From a virus, in the IMG/VR virus record IMGVR_UViG_3300029305_000264, positions 1 through 64,000 of that record: 64,000 bases of DNA, one strand, 5' to 3'. Numbering within the stretch: the first letter of the stretch is position 1; each line of letters begins with the position of its first letter. The notes beneath the pieces were generated by a model. It ran no database searches. It was given only the letters and a program-made list of their open reading frames with translations, and was not told the DNA's origin. Both the position numbers and the translations under genes were made by a program. Of this stretch, positions 51,427 through 62,106 are shown piece after piece.

Positions 51427-52281
51427 ATGGCTACTACTATGTTAGAGAACCTTATCAATGCAGAAGTTATGGCGGATATCATTTCCGCGAAGATTGATTC
51501 CAAGATTGTTGTTACTCCGTTCGCGAAGATTGACACCACCCTTGAAGCAAAGAACGCAGGTGACACTATCACCGTTCCGCAGTTCGCTTACATCGGTGAT
51601 GCAGAGGATGTTGCAGAGGGTATCGAGTGCGGCACCGTACTTCTTACCGCTACTACCACCAATGCAAAGGTTAAGAAGGCAATGAAGGCTGTTGAGTTGA
51701 CCGATGAAGCAGTTCTTTCCGGTTACGGCGATCCGGTAGGCGAAGCAAACGGACAGCTTGCAAAGTCCATCGCATCCAAGGTTGATGCAGATGCAATGGC
51801 AGCATTACAGACTGCACAGCTTAAGTATGACGGAATCGCATCCGCTATTTCTTACTCCGGCATCGTTGATGCGGTTGATATCTTCGAGGAAGAAGTAAAT
51901 TCTCCGAAGGTTATTTTCGTACATCCGAAGCAGGTTACGAAGTTAAGAAAGGATGCAGATTTCCTTGCCGCTGATAAGTTGGCAGAAACCGTTCGTGTAA
52001 GCGGTGCAATCGGTAAGATTTGCGGTTGTGAAGTTGTTCCGTCCAAGAAGGTTCCGGAGAACGAGGGCGGCACCGGATATGTTTGTCCGATTGTTAAGTT
52101 AAACGGTGACAATGAAACCGAGGATGAGAGCCCGGCATTGACCGTTTACAGAAAGCGCAATGTCAATGTTGAAACCGAGCGTTTCAGCCTTGCAAGAAAG
52201 ACTGCGGTTTCCGTTGATGAGATTTACACCGTTGCACTTTCCAATGCTTCCAAGGTAGTTCTTGCAACCTTCAAGAAGTAA
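51427..52281 (+). CDS. major capsid protein (N4-gp56-type family as recalled from sequence pattern)
   Basis: MATTMLENLINAEVMADIISAKI…TITVPQFAYIGDAEDVAEG pattern; after the scaffold; unrelated to 12917-13891. Confidence 0.7.
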   Translation: MATTMLENLINAEVMADIISAKIDSKIVVTPFAKIDTTLEAKNAGDTITVPQFAYIGDAEDVAEGIECGTVLLTATTTNAKVKKAMKAVELTDEAVLSGYGDPVGEANGQLAKSIASKVDADAMAALQTAQLKYDGIASAISYSGIVDAVDIFEEEVNSPKVIFVHPKQVTKLRKDADFLAADKLAETVRVSGAIGKICGCEVVPSKKVPENEGGTGYVCPIVKLNGDNETEDESPALTVYRKRNVNVETERFSLARKTAVSVDEIYTVALSNASKVVLATFKK

Positions 52282-52299
52282 TGAAAGGGGGCAATCCCT

Positions 52300-52821
52300 A
52301 TGATTATGACCGTTGAGGAATTAAAGCAACGCATAACCACAGACAAGCCGGATGATGTGCTGAAAGGAATGCTTGATGGTATCGAAATGTTTATTCGGAA
52401 CTATACAAACAATAACTTTCAGCACCGGGGCTTCCGGACCGTTGGAACAATCGAGGATGGCAAGTTATATTTGGATGCCGCAATGTTCAAGGTGGGTGAT
52501 ACCATACAGATTTCCGAATCGCATTTCAACGAGGGCTTGTATGTCGTTTCTGAAATCGAAGGGGATGTTGTCACGCTTCCGGGAGCATTGGACGAAACAG
52601 ATGTGCTTGTGACAAAGGTTGTCTATCCGCCGGATGTGAAGATGGGCGTTGCAAATATGATTCAGTGGGATTTGCAATACCGTCCGAAAGTAGGCGTGCA
52701 GTCCGAAACGATTTCCCGGCATACTGTGATGTATTTCAATATGGCGAACGAATGCGCCGCGGACGGATATCCGAAAGCGGTATTGGGTTTTTTGAAGCAA
52801 TACCACAAAGCGCGTTTTTAG
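52300..52821 (+). CDS. head-tail connector (gp6-like)
   Basis: Homolog of 14210-14740. Confidence 0.6.
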   Translation: MIMTVEELKQRITTDKPDDVLKGMLDGIEMFIRNYTNNNFQHRGFRTVGTIEDGKLYLDAAMFKVGDTIQISESHFNEGLYVVSEIEGDVVTLPGALDETDVLVTKVVYPPDVKMGVANMIQWDLQYRPKVGVQSETISRHTVMYFNMANECAADGYPKAVLGFLKQYHKARF

Positions 52822-52832
52822 GGGGTGTTTAC

Positions 52833-53192
52833 ATGATAGGCGGCAACATTAAAGCAGTTTTGCAGGTAAGCACCACCACAAAGAACGAGATAGGCGAAAA
52901 GGTTCCGGCATGGCATGATGTGGTGGAATTGTTCGGTTGGCTTGACTTTAAGGGCGGCGAAGCGAAATACACCACATACAATGCCAAAGTAGACGAATCA
53001 ACGCACCTGTTTATTTGCGATTATTTGCCGATTCCTGCAACTTTAGAAATCGAAGGTAAAACGGTAAGGGTAAGCGCAGAAAATGCGCGTATGGTGGCAA
53101 ATTCGCAGAGATACGATGTAATGCTGATTGACAATCCTATGGGCTTGAATGCACAGTGGGAAATCTATCTGAAGCATACCGGGGGGCAGTGA
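52833..53192 (+). CDS. head closure / head-tail adaptor protein
   Basis: Homolog of 14752-15084; start ATG 52833 (MIGGNIKAVLQVSTTTKNEIGE). Confidence 0.6.
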   Translation: MIGGNIKAVLQVSTTTKNEIGEKVPAWHDVVELFGWLDFKGGEAKYTTYNAKVDESTHLFICDYLPIPATLEIEGKTVRVSAENARMVANSQRYDVMLIDNPMGLNAQWEIYLKHTGGQ

Positions 53193-53194
53193 TT

Positions 53195-53605
53195 ATGGCG
53201 GTGCAATTTACGGACAACAGCGCACATGTAAAAGCGGTATTGAACGATGCTGCGATTGCCTATCTGTACGAAGCCGGAGAATCTTTATCTTCGCAGGTAG
53301 CGGACAATTCGCGCGTTGGTAGCGGACAGCTTAAAGGTTCATGGAATTACAGAGTTGATGAAGGCGAAGGTGTTTGCACCATCGGAAGCCCATTGCAGAA
53401 TGCAATATGGGAAGAATTTGGTACAGGTGATTTCGCACTTCACGGCAACGGCAGAAAAGGCGGTTGGTACTACCAAGACGAGAAGGGCAAGTGGCATCAT
53501 ACCTATGGTAAAAAGCCGCACCGGGCATTCCATCGTGCCTTTATCAGTTTGAAACCTGCCTTGATAAGAAGGGCAAAAGAGGTGCTGAAAGTGAGGATGA
53601 AATGA
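53195..53605 (+). CDS. HK97 gp10-family protein
   Basis: SPLQNAIWEEFGTGDFALHGNGRKGGW; start ATG 53195. Confidence 0.75.
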   Translation: MAVQFTDNSAHVKAVLNDAAIAYLYEAGESLSSQVADNSRVGSGQLKGSWNYRVDEGEGVCTIGSPLQNAIWEEFGTGDFALHGNGRKGGWYYQDEKGKWHHTYGKKPHRAFHRAFISLKPALIRRAKEVLKVRMK

Positions 53606-53994
53606 GCAAAGCAGGATTGAAAATCATATCCGATGCAATGGATTCCTTGGGGCTTGCCTATTCCTTTATGCGTTACGATGTAGCAGAGGATGAAGATGCC
53701 CCGGAAACCTACTTTGTAGGTGAATACCAAGAAATCGAATCAACCGATGAATCCGGCTTGCAGGAAGCATCCTTCCTTCTGTCCGGGTTCACGCGCGGAT
53801 CGTGGCTTGCATTGGAAGATGCGAAAGAAGCAATATCCGCCTATTTTAACAAAGTGGGCGGAAATACAGTCATTGCGGACAATGGTTCCGCAGTGGCTAT
53901 TTTTTATGCAAACAGTTTGGTTGTTCCGACAGAGGATGCCGAACTTAAAAGAATCCAAATCAATTTAGATGTAAAAGAATGGAGCGTGAAATAA
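53602..53994 (+). CDS. tail completion/terminator-like protein
   Basis: Homolog of 15511-15903. Confidence 0.5.
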   Translation: MSKAGLKIISDAMDSLGLAYSFMRYDVAEDEDAPETYFVGEYQEIESTDESGLQEASFLLSGFTRGSWLALEDAKEAISAYFNKVGGNTVIADNGSAVAIFYANSLVVPTEDAELKRIQINLDVKEWSVK

Positions 53995-54581
53995 TGTACG
54001 AAGAATTAAAGTCTAGCGGTATTACCGCAAAAACTCCGGAGAACATCATGCTTGGTGCAGGCACCATCCATAAGGGCTTGACATTGGCGGATGGCAAGTG
54101 GAATTTTGAAGAATCTCTTATCGGTGCTACTTCCGGCGGTTCCAAGGTAAGCATTGTTCCGGAGTTTATGGATATCGAAGTAGACGGTGCGCTTGTAGCT
54201 GTTAAGGGCTTAAAGCACAAAGTCGGTGAAACGGCAACGATGGAAGTGAACTTTGTTGAAATGACACCGGATATCTTGAAGATGTGCGTTGTTGGTGATG
54301 TTGCGGATTCCACGGTTTACGAAGGCTTTTCCGAAATCACTTCTCGCGCAAGAATCACCGAGGGTGATTACATCGAGAATCTTGCTTATGTAGGCAAAAA
54401 GACCAATGGAACGCCGATCATTATTATCTTCGAGCAGGCAATTTGTACTTCCGGCTTCGAGGTAGAGGGCAAGAACAAGGAAGCAGGCGTATTCACCGGA
54501 ACATTCCAGTGTGTAGCAGATGTTTCCCCGGAAGCAGACACCCTTCCGTGGCGCATTCTTTATCCGAAGCAGACTGCCTAG
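53994..54581 (+). CDS. major tail protein
   Basis: Homolog of 15900-16652 (shorter); TAATG overlap start. Confidence 0.7.
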   Translation: MYEELKSSGITAKTPENIMLGAGTIHKGLTLADGKWNFEESLIGATSGGSKVSIVPEFMDIEVDGALVAVKGLKHKVGETATMEVNFVEMTPDILKMCVVGDVADSTVYEGFSEITSRARITEGDYIENLAYVGKKTNGTPIIIIFEQAICTSGFEVEGKNKEAGVFTGTFQCVADVSPEADTLPWRILYPKQTA

Positions 54582-54606
54582 GATATAAAGTAAAGGAGAT
54601 TGAACA

Positions 54607-54969
54607 ATGGAGAATTACGAATTAAGACCGTTGGTTGCATCCGATATGGGCGCAATCTGTAAGATTATTTCCGCAATCGGAATCCGGGAGTTCAAGGAAT
54701 GCTTCAATGTTGAGGATTTCAAGGGCGAAGCAAAAGATGTTGAGAAAGTCGGTTTGAATGTTTTATTTGACATTGCAGGAATCGTGATTTCTAACATCCC
54801 GAAGGCGGAAAAAGAAATTCAGATGTTCGTTGCAAGTCTTACCGGGATGAAGCAGACGGATATTGCAAAGATGCCGTTTGCAGATTACGGCGAACTTATT
54901 GTTGAGATTGTAATGAAAGAGGATTTCCGCGATTTTTTCGGACGAGTTACGAAGTTGTTCAATCGGTAG
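54607..54969 (+). CDS. tail assembly chaperone (gpG-like)
   Basis: Homolog of 16671-17072. Confidence 0.75.
   Translation: MENYELRPLVASDMGAICKIISAIGIREFKECFNVEDFKGEAKDVEKVGLNVLFDIAGIVISNIPKAEKEIQMFVASLTGMKQTDIAKMPFADYGELIVEIVMKEDFRDFFGRVTKLFNR
54933..54939 (+). promoter_or_regulatory. -1 programmed frameshift slippery heptamer T_TTT_TTC
   Basis: Same heptamer and phase as 17042-17048; -1 frame open from 54933 into ORF 54984-55277. Confidence 0.7.
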
Positions 54970-54983
54970 GATATATCAAATTG

Positions 54984-55277
54984 ATGGACTTGCTATCACA
55001 GAGATATGCAAGTCCATTTTTGATTATGGATGAATTTATCAGATTGCAACAGTTTCACGAATTTGTCTGTGAGATACTGAAAACCATTGCCGATGAAAAG
55101 GTGCATGAAGCGCGGTGGCAGTATTACTTGCATAAAGTTTGGGGGGATATGTCCTTCGATGATTATGTGAGGGAATGCGAAAAGCCGAAGCACGGCGAAC
55201 AGTACATGACAAACGAGGAAATCAGCAATGCGATAAGTGAATCAAGGGATATGTTGAAAGGCTTCGTGCCGGAATAG
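54984..55277 (+). CDS. tail assembly chaperone T-part
   Basis: -1 frame relative to 54607-54969; homolog of 17090-17410. Confidence 0.7.
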   Translation: MDLLSQRYASPFLIMDEFIRLQQFHEFVCEILKTIADEKVHEARWQYYLHKVWGDMSFDDYVRECEKPKHGEQYMTNEEISNAISESRDMLKGFVPE

Positions 55278-55287
55278 GAAAATGCTT

Positions 55288-57291
55288 ATGGAATTGTTTA
55301 AGTTATTGGGAACAATAGCAATAGACAATACAGAAGCGAACAACGCACTGGAAGGCACCACACAAAAGGCGCATGAATCCGCAAACGAAACCGAATCCGC
55401 CTTTTCAAAAATCGGCGGTGTTGCGAAGAATATTGCAATCGGCATCGGGGCGGCAGGGCTTGCCATTGGCGGTGCATTTGTCGGTGCGGTAGAAAGTACA
55501 AGAGAGTACAGGGCGGAAATGAACCTGCTTGATGCGGCATTTCAGACAGCAGGACACAGTTCCAAAGCCGCAAAGGACACCTATTCAGAACTTAACGCCG
55601 TGCTTGGAGATTCCGGGCAGGCGGTGGAAGCATCACAGCATCTTGCATTGATTGCGGACAACGAAAAGGAACTGTCCGATCTAACAGGTATTTTGACCGG
55701 AGTATATGCCACTTTCGGAGAATCGTTGCCGTTGGAAGGACTTGCAGAGGGCATCAATCATTCTGCATCCCTTGGAGAAGTGCAAGGAAGCCTTGCGGAT
55801 GCCTTGGAATGGTCCGGAATCACGGTTGAGGATTTCAACGATAAGTTGGCGAAGCTGAAAACCGAGGAAGAACGGCAGGATTTGATTGTAAAGACCTTAA
55901 AAGGCACTTACAGCGAAGCATCCGTGCAGTACAAAGAAACCAACAAGGATATCATGGAATCCCGGAAGGCGCAGGAACGCTTATCGGATGCAATGGCGAA
56001 GGTTGGTGAAATCGGGGAACCGATAATGACAGCACTTCGGAATGCGATTGCATCACTTGCAGAAAAGGCAATCCCGGTCCTTGAAGATATGGTGAATTGG
56101 TTCCGTGATGCTATCACATGGATAAAGCAGAACGAAGAAACCGTGCAAACATGGGTTGGCGTTATTATAGGCGCAACAACGGCAATCGGTGCCTTCGTTT
56201 TAATTATTTCATGGGGAAAGATAATGACCGCAGCGGCAAACGCCGTGAAGGTTGTTAGAACTGCCATGATTGCCTTTAATGCGGTATTGATGGCAAATCC
56301 TATTGGCTTGGTTGTGGCGGCTGTTGTGGGGCTTGTGGCGGCGTTTATTTACCTTTGGAACAATGTCGATGGCTTCCGGAACTTTTGGAAATCCGCATGG
56401 AACACGATAAAATCCCTTGCAAATTCCGCATGGAAGGCAATCCGGAAATACTTTTCGGATGCGTGGGCGGCTATTAAGAAAACATGGTCCGCGGTGACAG
56501 GGTACTTCCGGGGGATATGGAACGGAATCAAGTCTACTTTTAATTCTGTGAAATCGTGGTTTTCCCAAATTTTCCGGAACGCATGGAACGGTGTCAAGTC
56601 TATATGGAATGGAGCGCGTTCTTTCTTCTCCGGAATATGGTCCGGCATCCGTGGCGTTTTTGGTTCGGTTGCATCGTGGTTCCGCAATACCTTCCGGAAC
56701 GCATGGAACAATATCAAATCCGCTTTCAGCAGTTGGGGTTCCTTCTTCTCCGGGCTTTGGGGCAAGGTGAAAAGCAAATTCGGTTCAATCGGAACTTCCA
56801 TCGGAAACGCAATGGGAAATGCCGTGAAAAAAGGAATGAATGGTGCCTTATCCTTGGTGGAAGGTGCTATCAATAAGGGAATTGGACTGATAAACAGTGC
56901 AATCCGCCTTGCAAACAAACTTCCGGGAATCAATGTCGGAACCGTGTCGAAAATCTCCCTTCCGCGCCTTGCAAAAGGTGGTGTACTGGAGAAAGGGCAA
57001 GTCGGCATCTTAGAGGGTTCCGGTGCGGAAGCTGTTGTGCCGTTGGAAAACAACCGGGCATGGCTTTCCAATGTTGCGGAAGATTTGAACGAGTTACAAA
57101 GAACAGAAACAAAGCCGGGAAATGATGCGGATATCATTACCCGGATGAACAGAATAATTGCTTTGCTTGAAAATCTATTCGGTATGCAAATCCGGCTTGA
57201 TAGCGGCGCATTGGTTGGCGAATTGGCACCTGCGGTTGATGCAAGGCTTGGAAGGATGTACCGGACAGCAAGCAGAGGAAACGCACGATAA
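55288..57291 (+). CDS. tape measure protein A (TP901-type core)
   Basis: Homolog of 17423-19330; twelve 11-aa Trp/Phe-periodic repeats at 56371-56790. Confidence 0.85.
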   Translation: MELFKLLGTIAIDNTEANNALEGTTQKAHESANETESAFSKIGGVAKNIAIGIGAAGLAIGGAFVGAVESTREYRAEMNLLDAAFQTAGHSSKAAKDTYSELNAVLGDSGQAVEASQHLALIADNEKELSDLTGILTGVYATFGESLPLEGLAEGINHSASLGEVQGSLADALEWSGITVEDFNDKLAKLKTEEERQDLIVKTLKGTYSEASVQYKETNKDIMESRKAQERLSDAMAKVGEIGEPIMTALRNAIASLAEKAIPVLEDMVNWFRDAITWIKQNEETVQTWVGVIIGATTAIGAFVLIISWGKIMTAAANAVKVVRTAMIAFNAVLMANPIGLVVAAVVGLVAAFIYLWNNVDGFRNFWKSAWNTIKSLANSAWKAIRKYFSDAWAAIKKTWSAVTGYFRGIWNGIKSTFNSVKSWFSQIFRNAWNGVKSIWNGARSFFSGIWSGIRGVFGSVASWFRNTFRNAWNNIKSAFSSWGSFFSGLWGKVKSKFGSIGTSIGNAMGNAVKKGMNGALSLVEGAINKGIGLINSAIRLANKLPGINVGTVSKISLPRLAKGGVLEKGQVGILEGSGAEAVVPLENNRAWLSNVAEDLNELQRTETKPGNDADIITRMNRIIALLENLFGMQIRLDSGALVGELAPAVDARLGRMYRTASRGNAR

Positions 57292-57350
57292 ACGCACGGA
57301 AACACACGCCGTGTGTTTTTTAATGAACAAAAGAAGGGGGTGAATCCCTT

Positions 57351-59636
57351 ATGGAACTTTTTAGGCTACTTGGAACGGTAGCTATTGACAACAGCGGAGC
57401 GAATGCAGCTATTGATGAAACTGTCGATAAGGCAGAAAAATCGCATGGGAAAATCGGATCGGCATTTGGCAAAGTCGGTTCAGCGGCGGTGAAAGTCGGA
57501 AAGACCGTTGCCGCAGGGCTTGCGGCAGGTGGCGCGGCGGTTGTGGCACTTACCAAAAGTGCATTGGATGGATATGCAGACTATGAACAGCTTGTAGGCG
57601 GTGTAGAAACGCTTTTCAAGAACAGCGGAGAAACGGTACTAAAATATGCGGAAAACGCATATAAAACAGCCGGAATGTCCGCGAATGAGTACATGGAAAC
57701 CGTCACATCCTTTTCTGCATCCTTGATTCAGAGTTTGGACGGTGACACAGCAAAGGCGGCAGAAAAGGCGAATTTGGCAATCACGGATATGTCCGACAAT
57801 GCAAACAAGATGGGAACGAGCATGGAAAGCATCCAAAATGCTTATCAAGGCTTCGCAAAGCAGAACTACACCATGCTTGACAATTTAAAGTTGGGCTACG
57901 GCGGAACCAAGGAAGAAATGCAACGCCTTCTTCGGGATGCGCAGGCAATCTCCGGGATTGAATACGACATTTCCAGTTATGCGGATGTAGTAGATGCAAT
58001 CCATGTAATACAAACGGAAATTGGTATCACAGGAACCACGGCGAAGGAAGCAAGTTCCACAATCTCCGGTTCTATTTCGTCCATGAAATCCGCATGGAAA
58101 AACCTTGTCGCAGGATTGGGAAATGAAAATGCCGATATTGGCGGATTGCTTGACCTATTCAGCGAAAGTGCAATCACCGTGGCAGGCAATGTGATTCCGA
58201 GGGTAGAAATAATCTTGAAAAAGATTGTCGAATTGATACCGAAATTGGCACCGAAAATCGCAAAAGCTATCCCGAAATTGATTTCTTCGTTATTGCCCAC
58301 GGTTATTTCTGCGGCGGTGTCCTTGATAGGAAGCCTTGCAGATGCGCTTCCGGATATTCTTGGAGCATTGATTGATGTTCTTCCGCTTTTTATTGATGGG
58401 GCAATGAAGATATTTGAAGCAATCGTTGGTGCGCTTCCGCAGTTGATGGAAATGCTATGCGATGCCCTGCCGGGACTGATTGAGGGCATAGTCGATTCCG
58501 GAATTATTACTTCCTTGATTGATTGTGCAGTGCAGTTGACATTGGCACTGATTGAAGCATTGCCGGATATTATTCAGCTTATTGTCGAGCAGCTTCCGAA
58601 GATTTTATCACAGATTGCCGAAGGGCTTGCGGCGGCGTTCCCGGTATTACTGGAAGCCGTGACCGGGCTTTTTGCGCAAATTTGGAACATGATTGCAGGC
58701 GGATTGCTTGGAACGGAAGCCACCTTCGAAGAATCCTTCGTTAACATCGAAGGGCTTTTCACCGGGCTTTGGGATGTGCTTTCCACAACATGGGAAACAT
58801 TAGGTGCGCCGATTTGGGAACTGATTCAATCCTGCGTTGGCACCGTGCGTGATGTATTTTCCGAGAAGATGCCGGAAATCAAGGAATTTGTTTCGGGCTG
58901 TTTTTCTGATATCGGTGTAATTTGGGAAGAACACTTGAAGCCGTGCTTTGAAGCAATCGGCAAATTCATTGATGAAGTCTTGGCACCTGTATTCGAAGAA
59001 GTGTTTACAAACTTCATCGGTCCGGCGGTTGATACTTGTTTCGAACATATCAAGAATATGTGGGAAAACACCTTAAAGCCTTGTCTTACCGGAATTATTG
59101 ACTTTATCACCGCAGTTTTCACCGGAGATTGGGAGAAGGCTTGGCAGGCGTTGGTTGACTTTGTGACAGGCATTTTTGAAGGCTTGGTAACGGCAGTAAA
59201 AACGCCTATCAATCTCATTATTGATGCGGTGAATGCGCTGATTGGCGGATTGAACAAATTACAGATTCCGGATTGGGTTCCGGAAATAGGCGGCAAGGGC
59301 ATCAACATTCCGCTGATTCCGAAACTGGAGCGCGGCGGCATCCTTGAAAAAGGGCAGGTTGGATTCCTTGAAGGAAACGGCGCAGAAGCGGTTGTTCCGT
59401 TAGATCAGAACGAAAAGTGGATTGGCAGGGTTGCGCAGGATATGGCAATGCAGGGCATCGGCGGCGGAATTGATTATGACCGTCTTTCCTATGCGGTTGT
59501 TGAAGCTATCCGCGAGGTAATACCGGAATTGCAGAATACACAGAGAATCGAAACGGACGAAAGCGGCATTTTCCGTGTAGTGCGTGACAGAGCGCGTGAA
59601 TACACACAGAAAACCGGGAATCCGGCGTTTGCGTAA
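57351..59636 (+). CDS. tape measure protein B (second TMP)
   Basis: Homolog of 19368-21482; conserved leader acaaaagaagggggtgaatcccttATGgaac shared with 19343-19373. Confidence 0.8.
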   Translation: MELFRLLGTVAIDNSGANAAIDETVDKAEKSHGKIGSAFGKVGSAAVKVGKTVAAGLAAGGAAVVALTKSALDGYADYEQLVGGVETLFKNSGETVLKYAENAYKTAGMSANEYMETVTSFSASLIQSLDGDTAKAAEKANLAITDMSDNANKMGTSMESIQNAYQGFAKQNYTMLDNLKLGYGGTKEEMQRLLRDAQAISGIEYDISSYADVVDAIHVIQTEIGITGTTAKEASSTISGSISSMKSAWKNLVAGLGNENADIGGLLDLFSESAITVAGNVIPRVEIILKKIVELIPKLAPKIAKAIPKLISSLLPTVISAAVSLIGSLADALPDILGALIDVLPLFIDGAMKIFEAIVGALPQLMEMLCDALPGLIEGIVDSGIITSLIDCAVQLTLALIEALPDIIQLIVEQLPKILSQIAEGLAAAFPVLLEAVTGLFAQIWNMIAGGLLGTEATFEESFVNIEGLFTGLWDVLSTTWETLGAPIWELIQSCVGTVRDVFSEKMPEIKEFVSGCFSDIGVIWEEHLKPCFEAIGKFIDEVLAPVFEEVFTNFIGPAVDTCFEHIKNMWENTLKPCLTGIIDFITAVFTGDWEKAWQALVDFVTGIFEGLVTAVKTPINLIIDAVNALIGGLNKLQIPDWVPEIGGKGINIPLIPKLERGGILEKGQVGFLEGNGAEAVVPLDQNEKWIGRVAQDMAMQGIGGGIDYDRLSYAVVEAIREVIPELQNTQRIETDESGIFRVVRDRAREYTQKTGNPAFA

Positions 59637-59647
59637 GGGGGTTCAGT

Positions 59648-60022
59648 ATGTATCAAGGTTATAGAATCAAAGTCAATGGAACCATCATTAGTGATTTTAT
59701 GATTAAGCGCGGAAGCTATAATTCCATGCCGAAAAGCCGCGTACTTGCATCCTATTACGATGCCGCAGGCAATCCGCATGAGGAATTAAGCCCGGTAAAG
59801 AAGATGGAAATAAATTTCACCATCCGGGAACATGACATGGAAGAACATCTTGCGATTATGTCTGCATTTCCGGAACGCAATGTATTTGTGGAATATTGGA
59901 ACGACACAACCGGAGCATATGCAACAGGTGTTTTCCGTGTGGAAGATATGAAAACACCACACAAGCACGCCGCAGGCGGAATCCGGTATGGTGAAATCCT
60001 TGTTAAGTTAAAGGAGAATTGA
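59648..60022 (+). CDS. small tail-tip protein in the Dit position
   Basis: Homolog of 21495-21875. Confidence 0.5.
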   Translation: MYQGYRIKVNGTIISDFMIKRGSYNSMPKSRVLASYYDAAGNPHEELSPVKKMEINFTIREHDMEEHLAIMSAFPERNVFVEYWNDTTGAYATGVFRVEDMKTPHKHAAGGIRYGEILVKLKEN

Positions 60023-60024
60023 CG

Positions 60025-61905
60025 ATGGCAGATACAAAAGAATTTAAGGAACTTTTCAATCAGTCGGGCATTGCCAAAAGACTGATTATCCATTTCCCGA
60101 ATCTTTCTGTCACGCTTCGCAACGAAGATATTGTATCGGAAAGCATGGAAATCTCCGAAAGCCTTTGTTCGGAACCGGAACTTCGTTTCGGTTCCTGCGA
60201 AGCATCGGTATTTAAGCTGCGCATCATTGGCAATGTGATTCCGCTTATCGGGGAAACCTTTACGGTGTCAATGTATGTCGGGGATATTGTGGAACCTTTT
60301 GTGCTTGGCACCTATAAGGTAACATCCGACAAACCGACAGCAGACAGACGATTCCGGGATATTGTGGCGCATGATGCCATGTACGATATCATCAAAGCGG
60401 ATGTGGCGGCATGGTATAACAGCATTCTTCCGAAAGAGGACAGCACAATCACCCTTCGGGAGTTCCGCGATTCCTTCATGGAGCATTTTGGCGTGGAGCA
60501 GGAAGAAATCACCCTGCCAAATGATGAAATGGTTGTGGAGCGTACTATTGATCCGAAAGTGTTAAGTGGAAAAGATGTGCTTTCGGCTATTTGCGAAATC
60601 AACGGATGCTTCGGGCATATCGGGCGGAGTGGAAAGATGCAGTATGTCGTGCTTGAAGAATTTGTGGCAGGGCTTTTCCCTTCGAACGAATTATTCCCGG
60701 CGGAAGATTTGTTTCCTTCCGGTACCGAAACCATATCCGCGCATTACTACAAGGAATGCAAGTACGAAGATTACACCACAAAGCGAATCGGGAAACTGCA
60801 AATCCGGCAGGAAGAAAACGATATCGGGTGCATCATCGGCAATGGTGAGAATTGCTATATCGTTGAAGATAATTTCCTTGTGTATGGCAAGGATGCGGCG
60901 GCACTGGAAGCAATCGGGCAGAAGCTATTTGACATTATCAGTGTTTTATGGTATCGCCCGGCAAGAGTAACAGCAATCGGCAATCCGTGCATGGAAGTCG
61001 GAAGCGGAATCCGCATAGTGACACAGCGGCAAATCGTGGAAACCTACATTTTGGAGCGCACATTGAAGGGCATACAGGCGTTGTTTGACACCTACGATGC
61101 AAACGGCGAAGAAACCTATTCCGACAATGTAAATTCGGTGCAACAGTCCATTTTGCAGTTGAAGGGAAAGACCAACATCCTTTCCCGGACGGTGGAAGAA
61201 ACGAAATCCCGGATTGAGGATGTAAACAAAGGGTTGAGTTCTGAAATAAAGCAGACTGCGGATGCCATAAATCTATCTGTGGAAGATTTGGCGAATAATA
61301 CTGCATCGAGCATCACGGAACTTTCGGATCAGATTTCCCTTCGCGTTACCGCAGGCGAAGTAGATACCATGATTGACATTGCGTTGAATGAAATTACTAT
61401 CACAGCAGGGCAAATCAATCTTGATGGCTATGTTTCGGCAGGCGGCGGAAATTTCTCCATTGATGCAAACGGAAATCTTAAAATCAAAAACTCTTATCAT
61501 ACTGTTGAGATAGGGGATTCCGGTATTGAGGTTACTGCAAGCAATGGAAATGAAATTATTTACGGTTCCCATGCTGTTTGGTTTAGAAGTGGCGGAAATA
61601 CCGTTTCTCGAATTGAACTATACAACAATCAGCTTCGAGTTGTAACGCCGGGAACAGGCGGTTTTTATGTGGATGGGTACCGTGTTTTGACAACCAATGA
61701 TTCTATTTCCGCATCGGTTTCGTTGAATAGCGCAAATACAACCATTTCATATACCACTATCGGAAACATCAATATTATGTCCGCGAATGGTTATCAAGCG
61801 GAAAGTGGTTATAAGTACGGCAATATTGCAAGTACAGGTTGGGTGCAGGGAAAGATTGCGGTAATCAATGAAAGATTGGAAGCACTTGAAGCAAAGGTGG
61901 TGTAA
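60025..61905 (+). CDS. tail-tip/fibre protein in the Tal position
   Basis: N-terminal ~400 aa homologous to 21878-23926; C-terminal fibre part diverged. Confidence 0.6.
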   Translation: MADTKEFKELFNQSGIAKRLIIHFPNLSVTLRNEDIVSESMEISESLCSEPELRFGSCEASVFKLRIIGNVIPLIGETFTVSMYVGDIVEPFVLGTYKVTSDKPTADRRFRDIVAHDAMYDIIKADVAAWYNSILPKEDSTITLREFRDSFMEHFGVEQEEITLPNDEMVVERTIDPKVLSGKDVLSAICEINGCFGHIGRSGKMQYVVLEEFVAGLFPSNELFPAEDLFPSGTETISAHYYKECKYEDYTTKRIGKLQIRQEENDIGCIIGNGENCYIVEDNFLVYGKDAAALEAIGQKLFDIISVLWYRPARVTAIGNPCMEVGSGIRIVTQRQIVETYILERTLKGIQALFDTYDANGEETYSDNVNSVQQSILQLKGKTNILSRTVEETKSRIEDVNKGLSSEIKQTADAINLSVEDLANNTASSITELSDQISLRVTAGEVDTMIDIALNEITITAGQINLDGYVSAGGGNFSIDANGNLKIKNSYHTVEIGDSGIEVTASNGNEIIYGSHAVWFRSGGNTVSRIELYNNQLRVVTPGTGGFYVDGYRVLTTNDSISASVSLNSANTTISYTTIGNINIMSANGYQAESGYKYGNIASTGWVQGKIAVINERLEALEAKVV

Positions 61906-61908
61906 GGC

Positions 61909-62106
61909 ATGGGAATCAACACAGCAACGAAGAAGTTTCAAGAGGATTTGGTGAACACGATAAATAAAAGCGGCTTGCCGCCCTGTATAGTCGAAATGGT
62001 AGTGGAAAACACCCTTGCGGCAGTGCGGCGGCAGGTTGCAATAGCTTTGCAGACGGAAGCGGAAAGCGAGGTGGCAAAAGATGCAGAAAGCGTACAGGCG
62101 GATTGA
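61909..62106 (+). CDS. hypothetical tail-module protein (65 aa)
   Basis: Homolog of 23931-24134. Confidence 0.5.
   Translation: MGINTATKKFQEDLVNTINKSGLPPCIVEMVVENTLAAVRRQVAIALQTEAESEVAKDAESVQAD

Noticed and set aside
56349-57305. 318-aa minus-strand ORF
   Set aside because: It is antisense to tape measure protein A and reflects the repetitive TMP coding sequence. The same reasoning applies to 20342-21271, 58826-59341 and 57977-58489.
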